Of a stretch of 64,000 nt of DNA, positions 15,101-30,500 are shown one piece after another (the first letter of the stretch is position 1; each line of letters begins with the position of its first letter). Made by a program: the position numbers and the translations under genes. Below the pieces are notes generated by a model. That model worked only from the letters and a program-made list of their open reading frames with translations. It did not search any database and had not been told where the DNA came from. The stretch is taken from NCBI RefSeq assembly GCF_009914755.1, contig NC_060926.1; one strand, written 5' to 3'. The stretch comes from the human T2T-CHM13v2.0 reference genome, Homo sapiens.

Positions 15101-18074
15101 TGATTCCATTCGATTATACCATTCGATTCCATTCATTGATGATTCCATTCAAGTGCATTTGATGATACCATTCGATTCCATTCGATGATGATTCCATTCG
15201 TTTCCATTTGATTATTCCATTCTATTCCATTCAGTGATGATTCCATTAGAGTCAATTCGATGATTCCGTTGGAGTCCATTTGATGATGATTCCATTCAGT
15301 GATTCCATTCAATTCCTTTTGATAATGATTCCAATCGATTCCATTCGATGTTGATTCCATGCGATTCCATTCTATGATTTCATTCGATTGCATTAGACAA
15401 TGACTCCATTCGATTCATTTTGATGATTCCATTCGATTCTATTTGATGATGATTCCATTTGATTCCATTTGATGATGATTGCATTCTATTCAATTCGATG
15501 ATGATTCCATTTGGGTCCATTAGATGATTCCATATGATTCCATTCGATGACAATTCCATTCTATTCCATTCAATGATGATTCCATTCGGGTCCATTATAT
15601 GATTCCATTCGATTCCATTTGATGATGATTCCATTCGTGTGCATTCGATGATTCCATTCTTCTCCATTCGATGATGATTACATTCAAGTCTATTCGCTGA
15701 TTCTATTAGAGTCCATTGAATGATTGCTTTTGATTCCATTCGATGCTGATTCCATTCCATTCCATTCCATTCCATTCCATTCCATTCCATGATGATTCCA
15801 TTCGATACCATTCTATGATTACTTTAGATTTCATTTCATGCTGATTCCATTCAATTTCATTCAAAGAATCTATGCAAATCGATTGATTGATGATTCCATT
15901 CGATCCCATTTGATGATTCCGTTTGATTTCATTTGATGATGATTCCATTTGATTCCATTTGGTGATTCCATTCAGTGATGGTTACATTCGAGTCCATTCA
16001 ATGATTCCTTTCTACTCTATTTGATGATGATTCCATGCGAGGGCATTCAACGGTGATTCCTTTGGATACCATTCGATGTTTCCATTCGATTCCATTCAAT
16101 GATGATTGCATTCGATTCCATTCGATGATTCCATTTGATTCCATTCAAAGATGATTCCATTCGATTCCATTTGAGAATTCCAAGCGATTCCATTCGATCG
16201 TTCCAATGGATTCCATTTAATGATGATTCCATTTGTGTCCATTCGATGATTCTATTCAATTCCAACAGATTATGATTCCATTCGAGTGAATTCGATGTTT
16301 CCAATCAATTCCATTCAATGATGCTTCCATTTGAGGCTGTCTGATGACTCTATTCATTTCCATTCTACAATGATTCCCTTTGAGTCCTTTTGAAGATTTG
16401 ATTCGAGTCCTTTCGATGATCCCATTCGATTCCATTCGAGGATGATTCCGTTCGAGTCCATTTGACGCGTCCCTTCGAGTACATTTGATGATTCCATTCG
16501 AGTCCAACTGAGGATTCCATTCAATTCCATTCTGTGATGTTTCCGTATGATTCCATTCGATGATGATTCCATGTGATTCCTTTCGATGATGATTCATTTT
16601 AATTGCATTTGATTATGATTCATTTCCAGTTCATTCGACGATTCCACACGATTCCATTCGATGATGATTCCATTCGAGTGTATTTGATGATTCCTTTTGA
16701 TTCCATTAGAAGATGATTCCATTTGATTCCGTTCATTGGTGATCCCATTCAATTCCATTCAATGATTCCATTCCATTCCATTCAAGAATGATTCCATTTG
16801 ATTCCATTTGATGATTCCTTCCGCTTGATTCCATTTGATGATGATTCCATTGGATTCCATTCGATGATGATTGCCTTCAATTCCATTCGATGATTCCATT
16901 CGATTCCATTCGATGACGATTCGGTTTGATTCCATTTGATGATTCCATTCGAGTCCATTCGATGATTCCATTCGATTCCATTTGATGATGATTCCATTTG
17001 AGTCCATTCGATGATTCCATTCGAGTCCATTCAATGATTCCATTCATTCGAGTCTATTTGATGATTCCATTCGATTGCATTTAATGATTATTCCATTCGT
17101 GTCCATTAGATGATTCCATTCGAGTCCATTCAATCATTCCATTCAATTCCTTTCGATGATTCCAATTGATTCTATTTGATGTTTCCATTCGAGTCCATTT
17201 GTTCATTCATTCGTGTCCATTCGATGACTCCATTGGATTCCATTTGACGATGATCCCATTCGATGATGATTCCATTCGTGTCCATTCAATGTTTTTGTTC
17301 TATTCCATTCAATGAGGATTCCCTTCTAATCCATTTGATGATTGTATTCAAGTCCATTCAGTGATTGCTTTCGATTCCATTCGATATTGATTCCCTTTGA
17401 TTCCATTCGATGAGGATTCCATTCGATGTCATTCTATGATTCCATTCGATTCCATTTGATGTTGATTGCATTTGATTCCATTTGATTATTCTATTCGATT
17501 ATTTTTGATGACGATTCCATTCGATTCCATTCAGTGATTCCAGTTCATTACAGTTGATGATGACTCCTTTCGATTCCATTCGATGATTCCATTTGATTCC
17601 AATCGATGTTGATTCCATTCGAGTCCATTCGATGATTCCATTCGATTCCATTCAATGATGATTCCATTCGAGTCCATTCAATGGTGATTCCATTGGATTC
17701 CATTCGGTGATGGCATTCGATTCCGTTCGATGATTGCATTCGATTCCATTTGATGATTCCCTTCGATTCCATTCAAAGTTTATTCCATTCGAGTCCGTTT
17801 TATAATTCCATTCGATTCCATTCTCCGATGATTCCACTGGAGTCCGTTCGATGATTCCATTCAATTCCAGTTGATGATGATTCCATTCGATTCCATTTGA
17901 TGATTCCCTTCGATTCCATTCAAAGTTTATTCCATTCGAGTCCATTTGATAATTCCACTCGATTCCATTCTCCAATGATTCCACTGGAGTCCGTTCGATG
18001 ATTCCATTCAATTCCAGTTGATGATGATTTCATTCGAGTCCATTCAATGATTTCATTGGATTCCATTTGATGAT
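9161..18074 (+). repeat. Two fused macro-repeat units (8914 bp) with a ~3.77 kb deletion junction near 12.8 kb
   Basis: The landmark run CCACTCAAGCCC ... CATTAGACAATG occurs twice (10510-12740 and 12896-15400). Confidence 0.8.
17738..18031 (+). repeat. 147-bp internal tandem duplication (also near 24.2, 30.7 and 61.9 kb)
   Basis: CAAAGTTTATTCC...ACTGGAGTCC...CCAGTTG occurs twice 147 bp apart (17774/17921, 24219/24366, 30762/30909, 61926/62073). Confidence 0.9.
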
Positions 18075-21000
18075 GACTCCTTCCGGTTCCATTCCATGAT
18101 GATTCCATTCGGTTCCATTAGATAGTGATTCCATTCAAGTCCATTCGATGATTCCATTCGATTCCATTCGATGATGATTCCATTCCTGTCCATTCGATGA
18201 TTCCTTTCGATTCCACTTGATTTTGATTCCATTTGAGTCCATTTGATTATTCCCTTGGAATGCATTCCATGATTCCTTTCGATTCCATTTGATGTTGCTT
18301 CCATTCGAGTCCATTCGATGATTCCATTTGATTTCATTCAATGATGATTCGATTCAATTCCATTCGATGATTCCATTTGATTCCATTCGATGACAACTCC
18401 ATTCGAGTCCATTCGATGATTCCTTTCGAGTCCATTTGATGATTCTATTTGGTTCCATTCGATGATGATTCCTTTGAATTCCATTCGTTGATGATTCCAT
18501 TCGATTCCATTCGATGATGATTCCATTCAATTGCATTCGATGATGATTCCATTCGATTCCATTCGATGATGATTCCATTCGGTTTCATTCAATGATTCTA
18601 TTCAATTCCTTTCTATGATTATTCAATTCTTTTCCATTTGATGATTCCATGTGATTCCATTTGATGACGATTCCATTCGTTTGCATTCGATTATGATTCC
18701 ATTCAGGTCCATTCAAAGATTCCATTCGATTCCATTCTATGATGATTGCATTTGAGTTCATTTGATGATTCCATTCGACTCCATTCGATGATGATTCCAT
18801 TCGTTGATATTCAATGATTCCATTCGATTCCATTTGCTGATGATTCCATTTGACTCCATTCAATGATTCCATTCGATTGCATTCAATGAGGATTCCATTC
18901 GAGTCCATTTGATGATTCTGTTCAATTCCATTCGATGATGATTCCTCTCAAATCCATTTGATGATTCCATTCGAGTACATTCGATTATTCCATTTGATTT
19001 TATTCGATGATGATTCCATTAGATGCCATTCGATGATTCCATTCGATTCCATTCAATGGTGATTCCATTCGATGCCATTCGATGATTCCATTCAATCCTA
19101 TTTGATGATGATTCCATTCGTGTCCATTCGATGATTCTGTTCGTTTCCATTCGATGATGATTCCATTTGAATCCATTCGATGATTCCTATCGATTCCATT
19201 CGATGACTCCGTGCAATCTCATTCGATGTTTCCCTTCGATTGTCTTCGATGATCATTCCATTCGATTCAATTTGGTGATTCCATTCGATGATGATTCCGT
19301 TCGATTCCATTCGATGAGGATTCCATTCGATTCCATTTGATGATGATTCCATTCGATTCCATTTGACGATGATTCCATTCGAGTCCATTTGATGATTCCA
19401 TTCGATTCCATTTGATGATGATTCCACTCAAGCCCATTCGATTATTCCATTCGAGTCCATTCAATGATTCCATTAGATTCCATTCGATGATGATTCCATT
19501 CGAGTCCATTCTTTGATTCCATTCGATTGCATTCGATGATGATTCTATTCGATTCCATTCGTTGATTCCATTCGATTCCATTCAATGATGATTCCATTCC
19601 AGTCCAATCGATGATTACAGTCGATTCCATTCAATGATGATTACCCTCGAGTCCATTCGATGATTCCACTCGAGTCCATTCGATGATTTCCTTAGATTCC
19701 ATTCAATGATGATTCCACTCAATGCAATTCAATGACTAAAGTCGATTCCATTCGATGTTGTTTCCATTTAAGTCCATTTGATGATTCTATTCGATTCCAT
19801 TCAATGATGTTTCCATTCGTGTCCACTCGATGATTCCATTCTATTCCATTCGATGATTATTCCATTAGACTCCTTTTGATGATGATTCCATTCGATTTCA
19901 TTCTGTGATTCTATTCATTTCCATTCGATGTTGATTCCATTCTTTTCCAGTCGATGATTCCATTCGATGCCATTCGATGATTACATTGGATTACATTCGA
20001 CGATGACTCCATTCTATTCCATTTGATGATTCCATTCGATTCCATTCGATGAGGATTCCATTTGATTCCATTCAATGATGATTCCATTCATGTCCATTCG
20101 AATGAATTACATTTCATTGCTTTCGATGATGATTCCATTCACGTCCATTAGATGATTCCATTTGATTCCGTTCATTGATGATTCCGTTCAGATTCCATTC
20201 GATGATTCCATTCGATTCCATTTGATGATGATTTCATTCAATTGCATTCAATGATTCCATTCAATTCCATTCGATGATGATTCCCTTCGAGTCCATTAGA
20301 AGATTCCATAACATTCCATTCGATGGTGATTCCTTTCCATTTCATTCAATGATTCCATTCGATTCCATTCGATGATGATTCCCTTCGAGTCCATGACATG
20401 ATTTCGTAACATTCCATTCGATGGTGATTCCATTGGATTCCATTCGATGGTGATTCCATTTGATTCCATTCGATGATTCCTTTCGTGTCCATTCGATGAC
20501 ACCATTGGATTCCATTCGATGATTTCATTCGTTTCCACTTGTTGATGATTCCATTCGATTCCATTCGATGATGATTCCATTCGATTCCCTTCATTGATGA
20601 TTCGATTAGATTCCATTTGATGATGATTCCATTCGAGTCCATTCAATGAAGATTCCATTCAATTCCATTTGATGATGATTCCATTTGACTCCATTCAATG
20701 ATGATTCCATTCGATTCCATTCAAAGATTAAATTCCAGTCCATTCAATGATTCCATTCGATTCCACTTGATGATGATTCCTTTCAAGTCCATTCAATGAT
20801 TCCATTCAATTCCATTCCATAATAATTCCTTTCAAGTCCATTCAATGATTCCATTCAGTTGCATTCGATGATTCCATACGATTTCATTCGATGATGATTC
20901 CATTTGATTCCATTTGATGATTCCGTTAGATTCCATTCGAGCATAATTCCTTTCGAGTCCATTCGATGATTCCATTCCATTCAATTCCATGATGATTCCA

Positions 21001-24000
21001 TTTCATTCCATTTAATGAAGATTCTATTCGAGTCCATTCTATGATTCCTTTCTATTCCATTCGTTGATTCCATTCAATTCCATTCGATGATGATTGCATT
21101 CGACTACATTCGATGATTCCAATCGAATCCATCTGATGATTGGAGTCCATTCGGTGATTCCTTTAGATTCCACTCAAAGACGATTCCATTCAATTCCATT
21201 CCATGATACCATTCGATTCCATTCATTGATGATTCCATTTGATTCCATTTGATGATTCCATTTTATTCCATTCGATGATGATTCCATTCCATTCCATTTG
21301 ATGATTCCATTCCATTCCATCAGATGTTGATTACATTCGCGTCCACTTGATGATTCCATTCTTTTCCGTTCGACGATGATTCCATTCGATTCCATTCGAT
21401 GATTCCATTCGATTCCATTCGATGATTCCATTCGAGTACATTCGATGATTCCACTCGATTCCATACGATGATTATTCCATTGGAGTCCATATGGCGATTC
21501 CTTTAGGTTCCACTCGAAGATGATTCCATTTGATTCCATTCGATTATACCATTCGATTCCATTCATTGATGATTCCATTCAAGTGCATTTGATGATACCA
21601 TTCGATTCCATTCGATGATGATTCCATTCGTTTCCATTTGATTATTCCATTCCATTCCATTCAGTGATGATTCCATTAGAGTCAATTCGATGATTCCGTT
21701 GGAGTCCATTTGATGATGATTCCATTCAGTGATTCCATTCAATTCCTTTTGATAATGATTCCAATCGATTCCATTCGATGTTGATTCCATGGGATTCCAT
21801 TCTATGATTTCATTCGATTGCATTAGACAATGACTCCATTCGATTCCATTTGATGATTCCATTCGATTCTATTTGATGATGATTCCATTTGATTCCATTT
21901 GATGATGATTGCATTCTATTCAATTCGATGATGATTCCATTTGGGTCCATTAGATGATTCCATACGATTCCATTCGATGACGATTCCATTCTATTCCATT
22001 CAATGATGATTCCATTCGGGTCCATTATATGATTCCATTCGATTCCATTTGATGATGATTCCATTCGTGTCCATTCGATGATTCCATTTTTCTCCATTCG
22101 ATGATGATTACATTCAAGTCTATTCGCTGATTCTATTAGAGTCCATTGAATGATTGCTTTTGATTCCATTCGATGCTGATTCCATTCCATTCCATTCCAT
22201 TCCATTCCATTCCATTCCATTCCATTCCATTCGATGATGATTCCATTCGATACCATTCTATGATTCCTTTAGATTTCATTTCATGCTGATTCCATTCAAT
22301 TTCATTCAAAGATTCTATGCGAATCCATTCAATGATGATTCCATTCGATTCCATTTGATGATTCCGTTTGATTTCATTTGATCATGATTCCATTTGATTC
22401 CATTTGGTGATTCCATTCAATGATGGTTACATTCGAGTCCATTCAATGATTCCTTTCTACTCTATTTGATGATGATTCCATGCGAGGGCATTCAACGGTG
22501 ATTCATTTGGATACCATTTGTTGATTCCATTCGATTCCATTCAATGATTATTGCATTCGATTCCATTCGATGATTCCATTTGATTCCATTTAAAGATGAT
22601 TCCATTCGATTCCATTTGATAATTCCATGCGATTCCATTCGATCGTTCCAATGGATTCCATTTGATGATGATTCCATTTGTGTCCATTCGATGATTCTAT
22701 TCAATTCCAACAGATGATGATTCCATTCGAGTGAATTCGATGTTTCCAATCAATTCCATTCAATGATGCTTCCATTTGAGGCTGTCTGATGACTCTATTC
22801 ATTTCCATTCTACAATGATTCCCTTTGAGTCCTTTTGAAGATTTGATTCGAGTCATTTCGATGATCCCATTCGATTCCATTCGAGGATGATTCCGTTCGA
22901 GTCCATTTGACGCGTCCCTTCGAGTACATTTGATGATTCCATTCGAGTCCAACTGATGATTCCATTCAATTCCATTCTGTGATGTTTCCGTATGATTCCA
23001 TTCGATGATGATTCCATGTGATTCCTTTCGATGATGATTCATTTTAATTGCATTTGATTAGGATTCATTTCCAGTTCATTCGACGATTCCACACGATTCC
23101 ATTCGATGATGATTCCATTCGAGTGTATTTGATGATTCCTTTCGATTCCATTAGAAGATGATTCCATTTGATTCCGTTCATTGGTGATCCCATTCAATTC
23201 CATTCAATGATTCCATTCCATTCCATTCAACAATGATTCCATTTGATTCCATTTGATGATTCCTTCCGCTTGATTCCATTTGATGATGATTCCATTCGAT
23301 TCCATTCGATGATGATTGCCTTCAATTCCATTCAATGATTCCATTCGATTCCATTCGATGACGATTCGGTTTGATTCCATTTGATGATTCCATTCGAGTC
23401 CATTCGATGATTCCATTCGATTCCATTTGATGATAATTCCATTTGAGTCCATTCGATGATTCCATTCGAGTCCATTCAATGATTCCATTCATTCGAGTCC
23501 ATTTGATGATTCCATTCGATTCCATTTTATGATTATTCCATTCGTGTCCATTAGATGATTCCATTCGAGTCCATTCAATAATTCCATTCAATTCCTTTCG
23601 ATGATTCCATTTGATTCTATTTGATGTTTCCATTCGAGTCCATTTGTTCATTCATTCGTGTCCATTCGATGACTCCATTCGATTCCATTTGACGATGATC
23701 CCATTTGATGATGATTCCATTCGTGTCCATTCAATGTTTTTGTTCTATTCCATTCAATGAGGATTCCCTTCTAATCCATTTGATGATTGTATTCAAGTCC
23801 ATTCAGTGATTGCTTTCGATTCCATTCGATATTGATTCCCTTTGATTCCATTCGATGAGGATTCCATTCGATGTCATTCTAGGATTCCATTCGATTCCAT
23901 TTGATGTTGATTGCATTTGATTCCATTTGATTATTCTATTCGATTATTTTTGATGACGATTCCATTCGATTCCATTCAGTGATTCCAGTTCATTACAGTT

Positions 24001-24519
24001 GATGATGACTCCTTTCGATTCCATTCGATGATTCCATTTGATTCCAATCGATGTTGATTCCATTCGAGTCCATTCGATGATTCCATTCGATTCCATTCAA
24101 TGATGATTCCATTCGAGTCCATTCAATGGTGATTCCATTGGATTCCATTCGGTGATGCCATTCGATTCTGTTCGATGATTGCATTCGATTCCATTTGATG
24201 ATTCCCTTCGATTCCATTCAAAGTTTATTCCATTCGAGTCCGTTTGATAATTCCATTCGATTCCATTCTCCGATGATTCCACTGGAGTCCGTTCGATGAT
24301 TCCATTCAATTCCAGTTGATGATGATTCCATTCGATTCCATTTGATGATTCCCTTCGATTCCATTCAAAGTTTATTCCATTCGAGTCCATTTGATAATTC
24401 CATTCGATTCCATTCTCCGATGATTCCACTGGAGTCCGTTCGATGATTCCATTCAATTCCAGTTGATGATGATTTCATTCGAGTCCATTCAATGATTTCA
24501 TTGGATTCCATTTGATGAT
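18075..24519 (+). repeat. Complete macro-repeat unit, 6445 bp
   Basis: Landmark spacing; the ORF track repeats at +6445 (18053/24498, 18585/25030, 19098/25543). Confidence 0.9.
22181..22231 (+). repeat. Pure (CCATT)10 microsatellite, the longest copy of a variable tract in the unit
   Basis: Ten perfect pentamers follow GATGCTGAT. Confidence 0.93.
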
Positions 24520-27500
24520 GACTCCTTCCGGTTCCATTCCATGATGATTCCATTCGGTTCCATTAGATAGTGATTCCATTCAAGTCCATTCGATGATTCC
24601 ATTCGATTCCATTCGATGATGATTCCATTCCTGTCCATTCGATGATTCCTTTCGATTCCACTTGATTTTGATTCCATTTGAGTCCATTTGATTATTCCCT
24701 TGGAATGCATTCCGTGATTCCTTTCGATTCCATTTGATGTTGCTTCCATTCGAGTCCATTCGATGATTCCATTTGATTTCATTCAATGATGATTCGATTC
24801 AATTCCGTTCGATGATTCCATTTGATTCCATTCGATGACAACTCCATTCGAGTCCATTCGATGATTCCTTTCGAGTCCATTTGATGATTCTATTTGGTTC
24901 CATTCGATGATGATTCCTTTGAATTCCATTCGTTGATGATTCCATTCGATTCCATTCGATGATGATTCCATTCAATTGCATTCGATGATGATTCCATTCG
25001 ATTCCATTCGATGATGATTCCATTCGGTTTCATTCGATGATTCTATTCAATTCCTTTCTATGATTATTCAATTCTTTTCCATTTGATGATTCCATGTGAT
25101 TCCATTTGATGATGATTCCATTCGTTTGCATTCGATTATGATTCCATTCAGGTCCATTAAAAGATTCCATTCGATTCCATTCTATGATGATTACATTTGA
25201 GTTCATTTGATGATTCCATTCGACTCCATTCGATGATGATTCCATTCGTTGATATTCAATGATTCCATTCGATTCCATTTGCTGATGATTCCATTTGACT
25301 CCATTCAATGATTCCATTCGATTGCATTCAATGAGGATTCCGTTCGAGTCCATTTGATGATTCTGTTCAATTCCATTCGATGATGATTCCTCTCAAATCC
25401 ATTTGATGATTCCATTCGAGTACATTCGATTATTCCATTTGATTTTATTCGATGATGATTCCATTCGATGCCATTCGATGATTCCATTCGATTCCATTCA
25501 ATGGTGATTCCATTCGATGCCATTCGATGATTCCATTCAATCCTATTTGATGATGATTCCATTCGTGTCCATTCGATGATTCCGTTCGTTTCCATTCGAT
25601 GATGATTCCATTTCAATCCATTCGATGATTCCTATCGATTCCATTCGATGACTCCGTGCAATCCCATTCGATGTTTCCCTTCGATTGTCTTCGATGATCA
25701 TTCCATTCGATTCAATTTGGTGATTCCATTCGATGATGATTCCGTTCGATTCCATTCGATGAGGATTCCATTCGATTCCATTTGATGATGATTCCATTCG
25801 ATTCCATTTGACGATGATTCCATTCGAGTCCATTTGATGATTCCATTCGATTCCATTTGATGAAGATTCCACTCAAGCCCATTCGATTATTCCATTCGAG
25901 TCCATTCAATGATTCCATTAGATTCCATTCGATGATGATTCCATTCGAGTCCATTCTTTGATTCCATTCGATTCCATTCGATGATGATTCTATTCGAGTC
26001 CATTCGTTGATTCCATTCGATTCCATTCAATGACGATTCCCTTCCAGTCCAATCGATGATTACAGTCGATTCCATTCGAAGATGATTCTATTCGAGTCCC
26101 TTCGTTGATTCCATTCGATTCCATTCAATGATGATTCCATTCCAGTCCAATCGATGATTAAAGTCGATTCCATTCGATGATGATTCCCCTCGAGTCCATT
26201 CGATGATTCCACTCGAGTCCATTCGATGATTTCCTTAGATTCCATTCAATGGTGACTCCACTGAATGCAATTCAATGACTAAATTCGATTCCATTCGATG
26301 TTGTTTCCATTCAAGTCCATTTGATGATTCTATTCGATTCCATTCAATGATGATTCCATTCGTGTCCACTCGATGATTCCATTCTATTCCATTCGATGAT
26401 TATTCCATTAGACTCCATTCGATGATGATTCCATTCGATTTCTTTCTGTGATTCTATTCATTTCCATTCGATGTTGATTCCATTCTTTTCCAGTCGATGA
26501 TTCCATTCGATGCCATTCGATGATTACATTGGATTACATTCGACGATGACTCCATTCTATTCCATTTGATGATTCCATTCGATTCCATTCGATGAGGATT
26601 CCATTTGATTCCATTCAATGATGATTCCATTCATGTCCATTCGAATGAATTACATTTCATTGCTTTCGATGATGATTCCATTCACGTCCATTAGATGATT
26701 GCATTTGATTCCATTCATTGATGATTCCGTTCAGATTCCATTCGATGATTCCATTCGATTCCATTTGATGATGATTCCATTCAATTGCATTCAATGATTC
26801 CATTCGATTCCATTCGATGATGATTCCCTTCGAGTCCATTAGAAGATTCCATAACATTCCATTCGATGGTGATTCCTTTCCATTTCATTCAATGATTCCA
26901 TTCGATTCCATTCGATGATGATTCCCTTCGAGTCCATGACATGATTTCGTAACATTCCATTCGATGGTGATTCCATTTGATTCCATTCGATGGTGATTCC
27001 ATTTGATTCCATTCGATGATTCCTTTCGTGTCCATTCGATGACACCATTGGATTCCATTCGATGATTTCATTCGTTTCCACTTGTTGATGATTCCATTCG
27101 ATTCCATTCGATGATGATTCCATTCGATTCCCTTCATTGATGATTCGATTAGATTCCATTTGATGATGATTCCATTCGAGTCCATTCAATGAAGATTCCA
27201 TTCAATTCCATTTGATGATGATTCCATTTGACTCCATTCAATGATGATTCCATTCGATTCCATTCAAAGATTCAATTCGAGTCCATTCAATGATTCCATT
27301 CGATTCCACTTGATGATGATTCCTTTCAAGTCCATTCAATGATTCCATTCAATTGCATTCCATAATAATTCCTTTCAAGTCCATTCAATGATTCCATTCA
27401 GTTGCATTCGATGATTCCATACGATTTTATTCGATGATGATTCCATTTGATTCCATTTGATGATTCCATTAGATTCCATTCGAGCATAATTCCTTTCGAG

Positions 27501-30500
27501 TCCATTCGATGATTCCATTCCATTCAATTCCATGATGATTCCATTTCATTCCATTTAATGAAGATTCTATTCGAGTCCATTCTATGATTCCTTTCTATTC
27601 CATTCGTTGATTCCATTCAATTCCATTCGATGATGATTGCATTCGACTACATTTGATGATTCCACTCGATTCCATCTGATGATTGGAGTCCATTCGGTGA
27701 TTCCTTTAGATTCCACTCAAAGACGATTCCATTCAATTCCATTCCATGATACCATTCGATTCCATTCATTGATGATTCCATTTGATTCCATTTGATGATT
27801 CCATTTTATTCCATTCGATGATGATTCCATTCCATTCCATTTGATGATTCCATTCCATTCCATCAGATGTTGATTACATTCGCGTCCACTTGATGATTCC
27901 ATTCTTTTCCGTTCGGCGATGATTCCATTCGATTCCATTCGATGATTCCATTCGATTCCATTCGATGATTCCATTCGAGTACATTCGATGATTCCACTAG
28001 ATTCCATACGATGATTATTCCATTGGAGTCCATATGGCGATTCCTTTAGGTTCCACTCGAAGATGATTCCATTTGATTCCATTCGATTATACCATTCGAT
28101 TCCATTCATTGATGATTCCATTCAAGTGCATTTGATGATACCATTCGATTCCATTCGATGATGATTCCATTCGTTTCCATTTGATTATTCCATTCCATTC
28201 CATTCAGCGATGATTCCATTAGAGTCAATTCGATGATTCCGTTGGAGTCCATTTGATGATGATTCCATTCAGTGATTCCATTCAATTCCTTTTGATAATG
28301 ATTCCAATCGATTCCATTCGATGTTGATTCCATGGGATCCCATTCTATGATTTCATTCGATTGCATTAGACAATGACTCCATTCGATTCCATTTGATGAT
28401 TCCATTCGATTCTATTTGATGATGATTCCATTTGATTCCATTAGATGATGATTGCATTCTATTCAATTCGATGATGATTCCATTTGGGTCCATTAGATGA
28501 TTCCATACGATTCCATTCGATTACGATTCCATTCTATTCCATTCAATGATGATTCCATTCGGGTCCATTATATGATTCCATTCGATTCCATTTGATGATG
28601 ATTCCATTCGTGTCCATTCGATGATTCCATTCTTCTCCATTCGATGATGATTACATTCAAGTCTATTCGCTGATTCTATTAGAGTCCATTGAATGATTGC
28701 TTTTGATTCCATTCGATGCTGATTCCATTCCATTCCCTTCCATTCCATTCCATTCCATTCCATTCGATGATGATTCCATTCGATACCATTCTATGATTCC
28801 TTTAGATTTCATTTCATGCTGATTCCATTCAATTTCATTCAAAGATTCTATGCGAATCCATTCAATGATGATTCCATTCGATTCCATTTGATGATTCCGT
28901 TTGATTTCATTTGATCATGATTCCATTTGATTCCATTTGGTGATTCCATTCAATGATGGTTACATTCGAGTCCATTCAATGATTCCTTTCTACTCTATTT
29001 GATGATGATTCCATGCGAGGGCATTCAACGGTGATTCATTTGGATACCATTTGATGATTCCATTCGATTCCATTCAATGATTATTGCATTCGATTCCATT
29101 CGATGATTCCATTTGATTCCATTCAAAGATGATTCCATTCGATTCCATTCGATTCAATTTGATAATTCCATGCGATTCCATTCGATCGTTCCAATGGATT
29201 CCATTTGATGATGATTCCATTTGTGTCCATTCGATGATTCTATTCAATTCCAACAGATGATGATTCCATTCGAGTGAATTCGATGTTTCCAATCAATTCC
29301 ATTCAATGATGCTTCCATTTAAGGCTGTCTGATGACTCTATTCATTTCCATTCTACAATGATTCCCTTTGAGTCCTTTTGAAGATTTGATTCGAGTCCTT
29401 TCGATGATCCCATTCAATTCCATTCGAGGATGATTCCGTTCGAGTCCATTTGACGCGTCCCTTCGAGTACATTTGATGATTCCATTCGAGTCCAACTGAG
29501 GATTCCATTCAATTCCATTCTGTGATGTTTCCGTATGATTCCATTCGATGATGATTCCATGTGATTCCTTTCGATGATGATTCATTTTAATTGCATTTGA
29601 TTAGGATTCATTTCCAGTTCATTCGACGATTCCACACGATTCCATTCGATGATGATTCCATTCGAGTGTATTTGATGATTCCTTTCGATTCCATTAGAAG
29701 ATGATTCCATTTGATTCCGTTCATTGGTGATCCCATTCAATTCCATTCAATGATTCCATTCCATTCCATTCAACAATGATTCCATTTGATTCCATTTGAT
29801 GATTCCTTCCGCTTGATTCCATTTGATGATGATTCCATTCGATTCCATTCGATGATGATTGCCTTCAATTCCATTCGATGATTCCATTCGATTCCATTCG
29901 ATGACGATTCGGTTTGATTCCATTTGATGATTCCATTCGAGTCCATTCGATGATTCCATTCGATTCCATTTGATGATGATTCCATTTGAGTCCATTCGAT
30001 GATTCCATTCGAGTCCATTCAATGATTCCATTCATTCGAGTCCATTTGATGATTCCATTCGATTCCATTTTATGATTATTCCATTCGTGTCCATTAGATG
30101 ATTCCATTCGAGTCCATTCAACAATTCCATTCAATTCCTTTCGATGATTCCATTGGATTCTATTTGATGTTTCCATTCGAGTCCATTTGTTCATTCATTC
30201 GTGTCCATTCGATGACTCCATTCGATTCCATTTGACGATGATCCCATTTGATGATGATTCCATTCGTGTCCATTCAATGTTTTTGTTCTATTCCATTCAA
30301 TGAGGATTCCCTTCTAATCCATTTGATGATTGTATTCAAGTCCATTCAGTGATTGCTTTCGATTCCATTCGATATTGATTCCCTTTGATTCCATTCGATG
30401 AGGATTCCATTCGATGTCATTCTATGATTCCATTCGATTCCATTTGATGTTGATTGCATTTGATTCCATTTGATTATTCTATTCCATTATTTTTGATGAC

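Noticed and set aside
275-18074. Apparent ~8.9 kb period (8886 and 8914 bp)
   Set aside because: The two intervals have different internal landmark orders and different deletions, so the similar length is coincidental.
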